Below, one piece after another: positions 12,359-25,257 of a stretch of 64,000 nt of DNA. Made by a program: the position numbers and the translations under genes. The DNA comes from Octopus bimaculoides (Eukaryota). Position 1 is the stretch's first letter; each line of letters starts with the position of its first letter. Under the pieces are notes generated by a model, which was given only the letters and a program-made list of their open reading frames with translations, was not told the DNA's origin and did not search any database. The stretch lies in NCBI RefSeq assembly GCF_001194135.2, contig NC_068987.1, positions 15,604,059 through 15,668,058 on the forward strand, read 5' to 3'.

Positions 12359-14629
12359 GTGAGTAAATTCTTCATTCTTATTCTGTCACATTTGGCATAT
12401 CCCGTAGCTTTATTGTGTTTGGTTTGTTGTTGGTTTTTGTACATAGCTTCATTTTTATCTAGTTTCCTTTGTTTTTCTGTTTGACAAGTTCTAACCTGAG
12501 TGTTACTTTAGTCTTGTAAGGTCAGTAAGTTAATTACTCCCCTCATAATCCTGTGTTCAATCTTTACAATTCACGTGTGTCCCTTTGGTGTTAGCTTGCA
12601 CCCTTGTAAATTTATGTACCTTTCCTACCTCACAGCTTATTGTCAGTTATTTCTTTTATCTTTTTTTATTTTACTTCTCCTGTTTCATCAGTAATATATA
12701 CTCATTAGATAGATGGTTGTTATTAGTGTTGTTGCTTAGCGCCAGATCAGCCCACATTGAGCAAGCCTATGATCAAAGTACCACATTATCTAATGTCTCC
12801 TTCTCAGTTTTAGACATTCTGGTGTGATTTGAGGGAGATTTGGCTGCTTTTTCTAGCAAGTCGAGCAATCACATAGAGATTCCTTCATTGGCTCATTGAT
12901 AGATATGTTTCATATACAGATGAAGTTTTGACTTTTCTCTCTCCACAACTACATACATTTTAGTGTAATGAAGCAGCTGCACTAAACGATTGCTATAACT
13001 ATCCAATGGAATGTGTTAATGTAACAATTGCCAACCCATCAATATCTCAGTCCACTTATTAAGAAAGATCATAACAATTTAATTTGTTCATTTACTATGA
13101 AGAGTAAATAGTTTAATATTTTAGACCGTCATTGTAATTCTATTTGTCAAACTTTCCTACAGCACAGACTATCAGCTGTTACCTTGAGTTCTTGACTTTC
13201 TATTAGCCCACATTTCTTATATTTACTGAAGATTTGTTTATTTGTTCCATCTGTCAGTGTGTTTGTTCTGTATTTATGCCCCCCCCCCTGTTCATCCTAA
13301 TACACTGTCCAGTTTACCACCAACATCTGCTCCCCCACCTATCCCCCTTTTTTTTCTGCTTATGTTTAAATTTAATCAACTTAACTATTCCTGAGTAAAA
13401 GTATAAAAACTGCCCCCACCTCTCTGCCAATCTATGCTGAGCCAGTGTAGCAAGCTAGGCTCATCAAACCAGTATGATCTTGACCTCAAATTCACAGCCT
13501 CCTCATCAGACTGCGGTTGGTGGAGAGAACATGCTGAGGCCTTTGTCCAATAGTGGACTGAACATAGGCAATCCATTCCAATTTTTAAGTTGGTTATCAG
13601 CTACTTTAGTCTTACCAGTCCAGAATGATCTGGACCAACAATGAGTGCTGCTCGTCTTTGCCTGACTAACTTGCCAATGGTGAAAAACAGTAATAGGAAG
13701 AACTTTTATTGAGGAAAAACCTCTATGATTACATATTCTAATAATAAACATACAATTATGAGAATTTGTAAAAAAAAAAAAAAAAGCCATCTTGTCCATG
13801 TTAGTATAAATGGTGGTAAAAAATAGTTGGGTCTTCCCTCCCTCCAGAATATGTAAGAAATCATCAATAGAATAACTCTTTTGCATTTAAACCAGCCATA
13901 TCAGACCCAAATATTCTACCTTGTTTTATGTTCAAACTGGCTAAATCTGGTCTTTCACACTTATCCTACAATGTCATTTTGAAACTAAGCAATCACATCA
14001 TCAAAATCTTGAAGCTACATGATCCCGCATGATTAATTCAAAACAATGTGAGTCAGTAAGCATTACATTTGACAAAGTAATCTGAATACTAAAGAGTTGA
14101 CCCTTTAGCAGTAATCTGGCCATATCCAGCCCAAAATATTCTACCCGTTTTATCTTAAAACTGATCGAATCCAACCTCTCACACCCACCTCACAATGGCA
14201 TTCTAAAAATATGCAAACACATCAATTGAAATCTCGAAGCTACAAAATGATGCATGATTAATTCAAAACAATGTGAATATATAAGCAATACATTTAACAA
14301 AGAAATCATCATCATCATCATTTAACGTCCGCTTTCCATGCTAGCATGGGTTGGACGATTTGACTGAGGACTGGTGAAACCGGATGGCAACACCAGGCTC
14401 CAATCTAAATTTGGCAGAGTTTCTACAGCTGGATGCCCTTCCTAATGCCAACCACTGAACACTAAACAGTTAAACCTTTGAATCATATAAAAAATTCCAT
14501 ATTTCTTCAAGTCTGGATACTTGTTTCATCTGAAGCAAATATTTAACCTCTTTAACAGACACTGGAAAATTCTGTTTCGTTATTTATATTGCACTTCATA
14601 GTTCTATCTGGTTTATGTATTTAGTATAC

Positions 14630-15035
14630 TCTTTTACTCGTTTCAGTCATTTGACTGCGGCCATGCTGTAGCACCGCCTTTAGTCGAACAAATCGACCCC
14701 AGGACTTATTCTTTGGAAGCCTAGTACTTATTCTATCGGTCACTTTTGACGAACTGCTAAGTTACGGGGACGTAAACACACCAGCATCGGTTGTCAAGTG
14801 ATGTTGGGGGGACAAACACAGACACACAAACATATACACACACACACACATATATATATATATACATATATACGACGGGCTTCTTTCAGTTTCCGTCTAC
14901 CAAATCCACTCACAAGGCTTTGGTCGGCCCGAGGCTATAGTAGAAGACACTTGCCCAAGGTGTCGCGCAGTAGGACTGAACCCAGAACCATGTGGTTGGT
15001 AAGAAAGCTATTTACCACACAGCCACTCCTGCGCC
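14630..15035 (-). mobile_element. SINE family 'C' with internal (TA)/(TG) microsatellite
   Basis: Near full-length copy that retains its CpGs. Related copies at about 17620-18080, 31670-31845, 32380-32550, 32960-33230, 36610-37000, 51960-52160 and 57740-57870. Confidence 0.7.
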
Positions 15036-15872
15036 TGTGTACTTTACTTGTAATGTTCATAGAAAGGAATTTAATTTCATTGTTTAGAGAATGTAAGCTG
15101 ATAGCTTTTAGAAAAGATGGTTTTGAAATGTTGGGAAAGTATCTTCCATGTTGTATATTCTATGACTCGTTCTTTTCACTAGTCTCTTGTGAGAAACTTG
15201 AATTAAGGAGTTTTGACACAAGAGACAGGAGAATATCTTTTGACTTGTCATTAGCCATTGGACTGTGGCCATGCTGGAGCACCACCTCAACGGGATTAGT
15301 TGAACACATTCACCCCCGATACTTATCTTTTTTTAAGTCTGGTATTTATTCTATTGGTCTCTTTTCTTGTACTGATAAGTTATGGCAATATAAACAAACC
15401 AACACTGGTTTCTTAATGGTGATGAGGCACCAGCACAAACATATATAACAGGCTTCCACACAGTTTTCATCTCTCTCTCTTTGAGAATATGACTCTGTGA
15501 CATGTTAACATTACGTCAACTGCGAACAATGTCAACACCTTGTCAACTGATAATATTATATCCTTGTAAATGTTTTTACAAATTGTATGTTGTCTTTCTG
15601 TGCCGATAAGTTTACGCAATACATATTATGAGTCTGCTGTCATTATTTGGTTTTGCCCTTTGTGTGCCTCTGACCGTCTTGACTTTGTTGCACCATATTT
15701 CTTACTGGCTAGTCCTGACGTTGCTGCATCACAAGTACCACAGTCTTATTCCGACCACATTGCACTGTATCTACCACAGAACCTTATTGCAGCATGTGTG
15801 TCACTGACCTCACTCCCTGACCATATTGCATCATGTGAACCACTGACCTGCTGTTATATCTCCCTTTTACAG

Positions 15873-15908
15873 TTTGACTTTAGAGGCCGCCGAAACAGTC
15901 TCAACCTG
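15873..15908 (+). CDS. ANAPC15: APC/C subunit 15, 36-nt exon (FDFRGRRNSLNL), possibly a regulated cassette
   Basis: ctcccttttacAG|TTTGAC...AACCTG|GTAGGT. Phase 0-0 and in frame between exon 3 and the terminal exon. No clear counterpart in human APC15. Confidence 0.65.
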
Positions 15909-18508
15909 GTAGGTTAATCTCTGAATCCTTTTTTGTTTTGTTTTTTTCATATATAATTTGCTGTTATGATAGAGCTGATAGGTCTTTCTTCATAAGCATA
16001 TGCTTAGTCTCTCTCTCACTCCCTTTTTGTTTTTTTCTCTCTCTCTCTCTCTCTCTCTGCTTTTAGTCTTTCCCTGCATTAGTATACTCTGTGAACTGCA
16101 CTAGTTATATGAAACCTGCACTCTAGTTAAATTGTTTGCAGTCATGAATAACACATAGTTTTGTTTGTCTTTACTTCATGTTGAGCACTCGATCATCTTC
16201 CTTCTCTTATTTCTGCACTGATGTCTTTATGTACGTTTTTTTATATCTCTTTTATGTTTGATGTACTTTTCGTCTGCTTGATATTTGTTTTCTTTTTCTT
16301 TTTCACTGTCTGCCATTGTTGTTGTTGTTGTTTAGCATCAGGTCAGCATTGATTGATCAGACCTATGGTCGAAGGTGTTCCAACTGTGATGATTCTAATT
16401 TTTTTCATATATTTAGGACTGCATTATCCAATAGTACATTCTTTCAGTTTTAAGATGGCATGGTTTGATTCGAAGGAATTTAGCTGCTATTTCTAGCAAA
16501 ACAAATGACTACATAGAGGTTCCCTCCTTAATTTTAAATAATCAGCGTAATTGCATGAGAGAACTACAAAGATTGAGTGGGTAAGAGTATCAACATAGTA
16601 TTATTGCTGTATGCCAAACCCTAGCTACTTATGGCTTCTAAACTCTCCTGCAAGGCTGGAAGCCAAGTACTTAACACAAGAGATAGATAACCACTGTTAT
16701 TAGGGGTTTAAACTAATTTGGATTTTGTTGAATAGTTTAGTAGTTAAGAACACTCTGCTTGAATTTTTTCTACAGAAAAATGCAATAAACAAAAGTGTAC
16801 TTAACAACCCTTAGTATCTTTATGTCTAAAAATACCTTTCAAGATTGCAGAGTTCATTACTTAAAGCTTCCATCTTCTGTCAAATCAATATTTGATAATG
16901 CTATCAGGCTGCCATCATCATCATTGTTGTCACCATCAGCGGTCACAACAGTTGTATGTCTATCTTTGTCTTACAAGTTTGCATCCTGACACCTTCTCTA
17001 CATTTAAATCTGTAATGCATGTGACATGTCTTGTACCAACTCCTTTAACACATGATGGAGTAATTGTCATGTAACCCCGGGGAAGCCCTAATTCAGCTAA
17101 TCTGTGATCAAAAGCATTCCAGGTGTGGTAGTGGTAATATATCTGGGATTACATTATCCAATGTGTCCTTCCTTTTTTTTTTCTTTTTCTTTCTAAGACT
17201 AAGAGATTTCTAACTGTTTGAGCATCCATATAGAGACTCTTACATTAGCTCATATTTAGTGGAGTTTTCTGCCACACTACTTTTGCACCAGGTTTTGGCT
17301 CAAATTATGACCAACTCCTTACCCTTCCAGTTGTCAGTATTGGCACTAGTGTTAGATGAGCTCTACTTGACACCTTTATACACTCACGTCGCTAAATATT
17401 ACTAAAACTTTATCTGTGACTTATTGATTTAATACATTCTGAAGAATTTGTAGGTTTTTTTCTTGTTCTCAAATATTGTGTTATATTTTTATTTATTCAG
17501 TTTTCTGGTTTTGTGTAGATTTATTTGGAGCGGAGTTTGAGAGTAAATACAGCAGTCATCGAGGGTTAGTACTGGGTCTTATGATTTAGTGTTTGTATGT
17601 CTATATATATTTACAAGATGCAGGCATGGCTGAGTGGTTAAGAAGCTTGTTTTGCAATCATGAGATTTATGGTTCAGTCCTACCGTGTAGCACCTTGGGC
17701 AAGTGTCTTCCACTATAGCCCTGGGTTAACCAAAGCTTTGTTAGTGAAGTTGGTAGATGGAAACTGTATGAGTTGGCAACAAGAAGGACATCCAGCTGTA
17801 AAGAATCGGGCTCAATAAATTTTGTCCAACCTATGCAAGCATGGAAAAGTGGACATGAAACTGATGATATATTCGTTTGTGTTTGGCCCCCCCACTGCCA
17901 CCACCACTTGGCAGCTGATGTAGGTTTGTTTACACCCTTGTAACTTAACTGTTTGGCAAGAGAGACTGCTTGAATATGTACGAGATTTTAAAAAATAAAT
18001 ACTGGGGTTGATTTGTTTGACCAAACTCTTCAAGGCGATGCTCCAGCATTGCCACAGTTCAATGACTGAAATGAGTAAAATATGAAAGATTTAGATTCCG
18101 ATAGATGTTCTGAATAAATCACAGATTGAAAAATTATGATATATAAAAGCTTTTCCATAGGTTTTGGTTAACCAGTTCCTTGTTAGTATAATTTTGTCAC
18201 CAAAAACTATCAAGAAGCTTCTGTGTGTATGTGTGTGTTTATATAGGTATTCTTGTATTTTTTTACTGAAAGATTTAAATATTGACAAGAAAACTGATGA
18301 ATTAGTTGGAAACATGGAAAGAGACTGAAGCTGCTGTTGTAAGTTTGTAGAGACATGCACTTAACTAAACTAAACACTGCTTTTCACTAACTTTATCATT
18401 CATTAGACAATAACAGTTTTTTTGTTTCGTGATCTATAGATCTGTACTTCATGTTCTGTTGTGAAATTTAAATTTGTCAATAGTGTTTTCCAAAAATAAA
18501 AATACAGT

Positions 18509-18513
18509 TATTC

Positions 18514-18554
<41 letters not shown>
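18509..18554. repeat. (CT)n microsatellite just upstream of the ANAPC15 terminal exon
   Basis: Direct reading. Confidence 0.9.
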
Positions 18555-18558
<4 letters not shown>

Positions 18559-18600
18559 TGTACACATATACTGATTTAAGTTATCTTGTCTCCTCTCCAG

Positions 18601-18654
18601 GTTGACATGGATGCCCAAGTAACTGCTGGGAGCTCTCCCATGTGGGGAGTCTGA
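18601..18654 (+). CDS. ANAPC15: APC/C subunit 15, terminal coding exon
   Basis: tcttgtctcctctccAG|GTTGACATG: VDMDAQVTAGSSPMWGV* vs human VDMEGNEQDQDQWMI*. Candidate AATAAA signals at 19166 and 19298. Confidence 0.85.
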   Translation, partial: VDMDAQVTAGSSPMWGV

Positions 18655-20552
18655 AAATGTATTTGTGTGGAATGGAATCTCATTTTTGTGAAAGAATTTT
18701 GCAGAAGTTCTGATTACTTGCTTGAAACTACTCCACAAGTATTATGGAAAAATAATTTGAATGAATTTAAAATATTTTTAAAGTTCCATTAACCTCTCAG
18801 CTCTGAAATCCTGCTCACCAATAATCTAAATAATTTTGGTAAAACATTCATCATTTCTCAACACAAAAAAAAAAAGAAGGAAAAAAACTCAATCCAACTA
18901 TAAAAATATTTGTTCTAATTCGTTAAATGTACAAGTTTAAATTTTTTTTTTTGATTAATTTTTGTTCTCTGCTTGATTGTTTTACAAATGTATCAACTGC
19001 TTCCCTACACAAAGTTTGTAATGTTAATCTTATCAAGAACAAAAACCAGTTATTTAATGTACTGAAAACCTCACAGTAAGATCACTGCAGGCTTGTTTTA
19101 TAGGGCCTTCATTTACCTCACCTGGTTGGCCTCTCAGTAAAACTCTCATTTATCCCCTGTCTACTAATAAAACATACATTTTTAGACTTCTCTGCAACAC
19201 TAAGATAAAACATATTGGCACAAGATATATCTTCTTTTCTATTTCTGGAAATGCTTGACTAGGTATTGACTTAAGTTACACAAAATTTGCAAAGTGGAAT
19301 AAATATTTTATTACACTTAACAGATTTTTTGTGCTTAGTCTTTGTCAGCATTGGCTATCGTTAGAGCCCTCAGATTCGTCTTATTTCTCAATGATTTGGT
19401 TTAGTTTGTTTTGAGATGTAGACCAACAGCCCCCCATCATGTTTTTTTTAAACCAGGTATCAGTTTCATTCATGACAATTTTTCCCCAGACCAGGGAATC
19501 ATGTGCATAAAAATAAAAACACAGTAAAGTACATAATATATAATTTAGCTATTGCTTATGTAATACATATAAATTACATATGTAATACACATATAATGCA
19601 AAAAACACACTGCAGACTACAGTAGTCATTAAACTATAAATGAAATTAAAAAATTTATTTTTATGGCCTCAGTACTGGTCTGCAGCTCAAAGTTTGGGAA
19701 CCTCTGATGTAGACTATTGGGGAATTTCATTGGGGGTGGATGTTTTCACATCCCAAGGAAAGTGTCATCTGTATCACTTTATCCTTGTAATACCAGAAAG
19801 ATTCCTCAGTTTGTGTAGGGTTATTTGGAGTAGAGTTTGAGAGTAGATATGGCGGTTGGAACTGGTGAGTGTGGGGTCTCTGGGTCATATCTACCATTAT
19901 GTGTATGATATATACAGATATATACACACATATATATATATATGCACACATATATAAAATTAATGTTTAATATTTCATCAATCTGAATGATGTAAGTTCA
20001 GACAAAGCTATCTCCAGATCTCCTGAATATATCAACACATTATAAGATTATAATATTCAAATGCTTTTATTCACTTTATTCCTGCCAAGCATCTCTTAAA
20101 AAATGCATTGCTAAATGTCTTTTGGTTTTAACGTGCTTGAATACTATATATAGGTTGTATTGGTGTTGTGAATGCTAAAGTATGAGCTTATGTAATGATA
20201 CTCTTTGCATTCATTGGTATAGATATACATGTATATAAATTATGTAAATAATAATAATAATAATTAAAAAGGAATTGTATGAGTTCAAAGCTTGCAATGA
20301 ATGATATTTCGCTTCTTACCAAATATAGAATATTTAAAGCAAACATTGAGGGATTTTTTTTTTTATGTCCCTAGCTTAAGACATTTCATCTTCAAATTTC
20401 AACCTTTTCTTTAGTGTATCCTCATATCATTATCTTTTTGCTGTCTTCAAACCAAAAACGGTAAATATAGAGAACTAGATTATTTAAGAGTATAGTCAAA
20501 CAGTCATTTTTTCTGGTTCAGAGACAAATTCACTTAGAAATACATCAAAGAA

Positions 20553-20554
<2 letters not shown>

Positions 20555-20617
<63 letters not shown>
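20555..20617. repeat. (TA)n microsatellite
   Basis: Direct reading; similar tracts at about 48390, 56635, 59725 and 60627. Confidence 0.95.
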
Positions 20618-20622
<5 letters not shown>

Positions 20623-20942
20623 CTATTCATAATAGAGTATTTTGAAGGGGGAAGAACGAAGTGGAAGATTATTTTAGAGTCATGGTTCGTTTTCTTTCTC
20701 TTAATTAAAATCTGTTCATGAGGATGGAAGTTAGATAATACAGAACTCTTATCATAAAAGAATATTTTGTATATAAAGAAAGACTCACCTTATATTTTCT
20801 TATTTTTCTGTTTTCTTTTTTTCTAAATAAAATTTTCAGAAACCTATCTGTTTTGGACATTGTAATTTTGGTTTTTGTTTGTTTTCTTAAAATTACTGTA
20901 TATTTTTTAAATATAGCCACCTATGTTATCACCCAATGTATA

Positions 20943-21395
20943 CAGGGTGTTTGGGCTAAATTTGACAGTCTGCATAAAAGGAAAACAAAACACAATATCC
21001 TTTCCAAAAATAAAAGAATTTTAAGAACTCAAAAAATATCAACTTGATTATGGCTGAGAGATAACAGCCTACTCCAAAGTAGCTGCCATCAGATTACGTC
21101 ATGTCCTCAAGGTGGCTCCGGAACCTGGTGCATGCATTCCTTACTGTGTTCTTGGGAAGATCTTCAAATACCTCCTTGATCTTAGCTACCAGCTCTGCCT
21201 TGGTGTTACAGACAGAACAGTTGGTGTCTTTCTCAACCATTCCCCACACATTGTAAACCATGGAATTACAATCCGGTAAATTAGAAGGTCAAAAATTGGG
21301 GCTGGTAAAATTGTAGAAATTCTTTGACAACCATTTCTGACTCTTTCCAGAGGTAGGGCAAGGAGCCAAACCTTACTGTCACACATATGGCCTAT
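20943..21395 (-). mobile_element. maT/DD37D Tc1-mariner transposase remnant with one terminal repeat
   Basis: Minus strand reads ...KSQKWLSKNFYNFTSPNF*PSNLPDCNSMVYNVWGMVEKDTNCSVCNTKAELVAKIKEVFEDLPKNTVRNACTRFR. Terminus TA|CAGGGTG at 20941-20949. Confidence 0.75.
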
Positions 21396-24300
21396 GTATG
21401 TATATATACACATTATGGACTCTCCCATCATTAGATGACAGATGAGGGTCCCACAATTTCTTGCTGATCAACCACACAGCTAATTTATTTACAGTGATCA
21501 TATGTTTGTGTTCACATAAGCTCGATGCCTCCATCAAATCGATATTGCTTGTACAGGGGTACATGTGTGCCACACGTCAGATGTTGAAATGATTGCGGAG
21601 CAGCATGAAATGAAGTGTCTTGCTCAAGAATGCAACACGCCATCCAGTCTGGGAATCAAATTCATGATCACTAACTACTAGGCTATGTGCCTTCACATGT
21701 ATGTATGTATATATACAAATATGCGCACACACACACACACATATATATTCACACACAGATATATGTAGGTGTGTTTGTATGAACCCTTGTCTTGACATCA
21801 TATGATAGTTGTAGACAAGCAATGTTTGTTTACAGTCTTCCTTGTGACCAATCATAGTCACAAGAAATATCTTAATTGAGAACAGGTGAGGTTTGGCAAC
21901 AAGAAATACATCCAGTCATAGAAAATCTGCCTCAACCAATTCTGTCTGACCCATGCAACATAGAAAAGTGGACATTAAATGAGGAAGATAGATTCTCATA
22001 CACTTCATTTTATTTCATCTTAATTTATGCTATTTTATTTCATTTTATTTTTTATCTGAAATCATCCTTTTATATTCTAAGCTGTTTAAACTGAAGACGC
22101 AGTTAACTTCGCCAATCTTAATCATCTTTCCCATCTGCCCTCTCCTAATATACATTATACTCTTCCACCTTCCTCCACTTCTGCAGCTACATAAACATTA
22201 CTTTTACAAATAGCTGTTATAATGATTTTGATAATTTGCCAGATGAAATTGTGCATTAAACTGTGATCTTGATTTGTGTCTTCAACTTGAATTAATTTTC
22301 ACATATACATATATGTATGTGAAAGCACGTGGCTTAGTGGTTAGGGCATTTGACTCACGATTGTAAGGTCATGAGTTCAATTCCCAGTGATGCGTTGTGT
22401 CCTTAAGCAAGACACTTTTTTTCATGTTGCTCAAGTCTGCTCAGCTGGCAAAATTGAATAGTACCTGTATTTCAAAGGGCCAGCTTTGTCACATTCTGTG
22501 TCACACTGAGAACTACATTAAGGGTACATGTGTCTGTGGAGTGCTCAGCCACATGCACGTTAATTTCTCAAGCAGGCTGATACATTGATCGGATCAACTG
22601 GAACCCTCATTGTCGTCACCACCGGAGTGCCAGTATACATATGTGTACATACATATATATAAGTGCAGCCATGGCTATGTGGTTAAGAAATTCACTTCAC
22701 AACTACAAGGTTTGGGGTTCAGTCTCACTGTGCAGAACCTCAGGCAAGTGTCTTCTAAAGCACTCAGCTGACCAATGCTTTGCTGGTGACTTTAGACAGA
22801 AACAATGAGGAAGCCCATTCTGTGTGTGTGGACGTCGAAAGTTACCTTTTTTCCGGACCGACAGGTAAGACTACCATAATTCTCTCTTCGCTTCCGTCTT
22901 CTTCTTCCCTTTACATCATATTGGTGTTGGTTTGTTTATGTCCTTGTGATTTTGCAGCTCAGTAAAGAAACCATTAGAATAAGCACCAGAGTAAATCCTT
23001 CAGGGAAGTGCTGCAGCATGGCCACAGTTCAATGACTGAAACAAAAGTAAAAAATGACCAAAAAAAAAAAAGAAAAGAAAAAGAGTCGCTGGTCCTTGCT
23101 TTAGAAAATCCATACTAATGTTTGACTTGATAAGACACTTAAAGGAAACACATTATTCATAATTGTATTCTAAAACGTTAGGAAGGGCATCCAGCCGCAG
23201 AGACCATGCCCGAACAGAGAATGGAGCTTGGCACAGTCCTCTGGCTTACCAACTCCTGTCAAACCATTCAATCCATACCAGCATGGAAAATGGACGTTAC
23301 ATGATGATGACGACGACGATGTAGTCTAATTGATTGAATAACTGAAATGTGTTATTCTGTGAAGAAGTGAGACCAGGATGATCAGCATCAACAGGGTCAG
23401 TAATGAAATAAAAGACAGACGCTGGAACTGGATGATGACGATGATAATGATGATGATGGTGGTGGTTTTGGGGGGGGGGGGGTTATGCTTAATAAAACAA
23501 TATATGCAATAATTTTATATATTTAACATATTTTTTTATTCTCAGACAATTTTAAAAAAACAACTTTTTATATGAAATGCGCAAGTAAATTTTTATATTT
23601 ATTTCTTCAGTACATCATGAAATTAAAAAAAAAAGTCTACATCCCGAACCACTATGATATGGGTATGATTTCGAAAGGGATCTAACTGCTATCTTTAGCA
23701 GGCCTGGTCGAGCGACCACGTAGAGGCGCATTTGTGGGTTTCGAAATGCTACAGGTATTATTACATAATGGTGCCACCAAGTTGTCCCAGCAGAGAATTG
23801 TTATCATGGCAGTATTGGTGAAGAGTAGTTAAATGGTGTCAGAGTCAGCTTGCTGCTGAAGAATTTCATATCGCCGTCGTCATCGTCGTCGCTGTATCAT
23901 TACCATCGTTATTAGCATCATCATCATCTTCAGCAGCAATTGTTCCACCACAAAGTTGGATAATTATGCAGGTGTTGTTTAGTCCTATATTAAACCTGAT
24001 AAAGCAGACTCAGAACGAAAGGTTTATCCAGCCGTGACCATCTCGTCTTTTGTATGTGTCTGCGTGTATGTATAAATATAGGACTACATCGATTATCCCA
24101 ATGTTCCCTTTTCTTCAGATAATAATGTGTAATTTGACTGTTATTTCTAGTAATTCAATAATCGCGTAGAAATGGAGAATAGCTCTTTGTGGGAGTTTGT
24201 ACAGTTTTAGAAAAGTACGTGTGTGCATGTGTGTGTGTGTATTTGATTAGAAATATATCAAATTACTATACCATATGAGCTGGTTTTGTTTCGTTGTTTT

Positions 24301-25179
24301 TTTTACTGCATTATTCATGTATGTATATGTTTATAAACACACACGCATGTATGTGTGCGTTCATTTCCAAATGCGCTCCTGGTAGAGATCGTCCTTATAA
24401 ATTATAGATTTCATAAACAGGAGAACCTCGTCTGGTCCCACAAGATAAATCTCAAGAGAAGTTTTAACTTATCTGACAGTTATACCTCAACCAAAACCCC
24501 AATTTCTTCCCCCACTACGAAGCCCAAAGTGGCAAATTTATGTACAAGGCCAGCAATTTTGAGGAGATACAATCGAGCCCTGCATTCGTCTGGCGCTTTA
24601 TATTATCGACTCTGAAAGAATAAAAGTCTGAGTTGTCCTCTCAACGGGATTTGAACTCAGCACGTAAAGAGCCGGAACAAATAGCACGAGGCACTTTTTC
24701 CTCGATGCTCTAACGATTCTGCTAACTTGCCAATATTTACGTTAAGATGTTTACATAACCCTGCACCCTCTCCACTCGAATTACAATTAACGAAGGACCG
24801 TAAATTAGTAAAAAGGAAGGGAGGGACGTTGGCATTGTTTTTGTCGAATATAATAGAATAGCTGGAGTGGAGTGAAACAGGTAAGAGAATGAGTCAAGGC
24901 TAAACGTGTAGAACAGAGCTGAATAGAAGACAGATAGCTTATAGGTTAGCAATTATTGGTCTGTCACGTGTGAGGAACGGGCAGAGACAGAGCAAGGGAA
25001 TGTGTGTATGATGGAGAGACGTTAACAGCAAGCATTGTATATACACATAACTAAACACGCACATACACACGAAAAGTAATCAAAGCAAGCGAACCCAAAC
25101 TCTCGGCATTTTCCACCGACCTTGACAGTCGCCTCTTTTAGTTGAATGTCCTTGACAAAACAAAACTGAACCAGCCATT

Positions 25180-25257
25180 ATGAGAATTCGCAGTAATTCC
25201 GGAGTCCGTTTGGACTATTATTCGAGGTTGGTTAGCAAAACCATCCTCTCAAATCAG
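25180..25257 (+). CDS. PHKA: Phosphorylase b kinase regulatory subunit alpha, exon 1
   Basis: [26 protein letters not shown] vs human PHKA1 [26 protein letters not shown]. 78 nt, GTAAGG donor. This N-terminus is diagnostic of alpha rather than beta. Confidence 0.95.

Noticed and set aside
17519-17564. Possible extra ANAPC15 exon (AG...GTTAGT)
   Set aside because: 46 nt would shift the frame, and a similar sequence occurs at about 19810-19880, so it is probably a repeat fragment.
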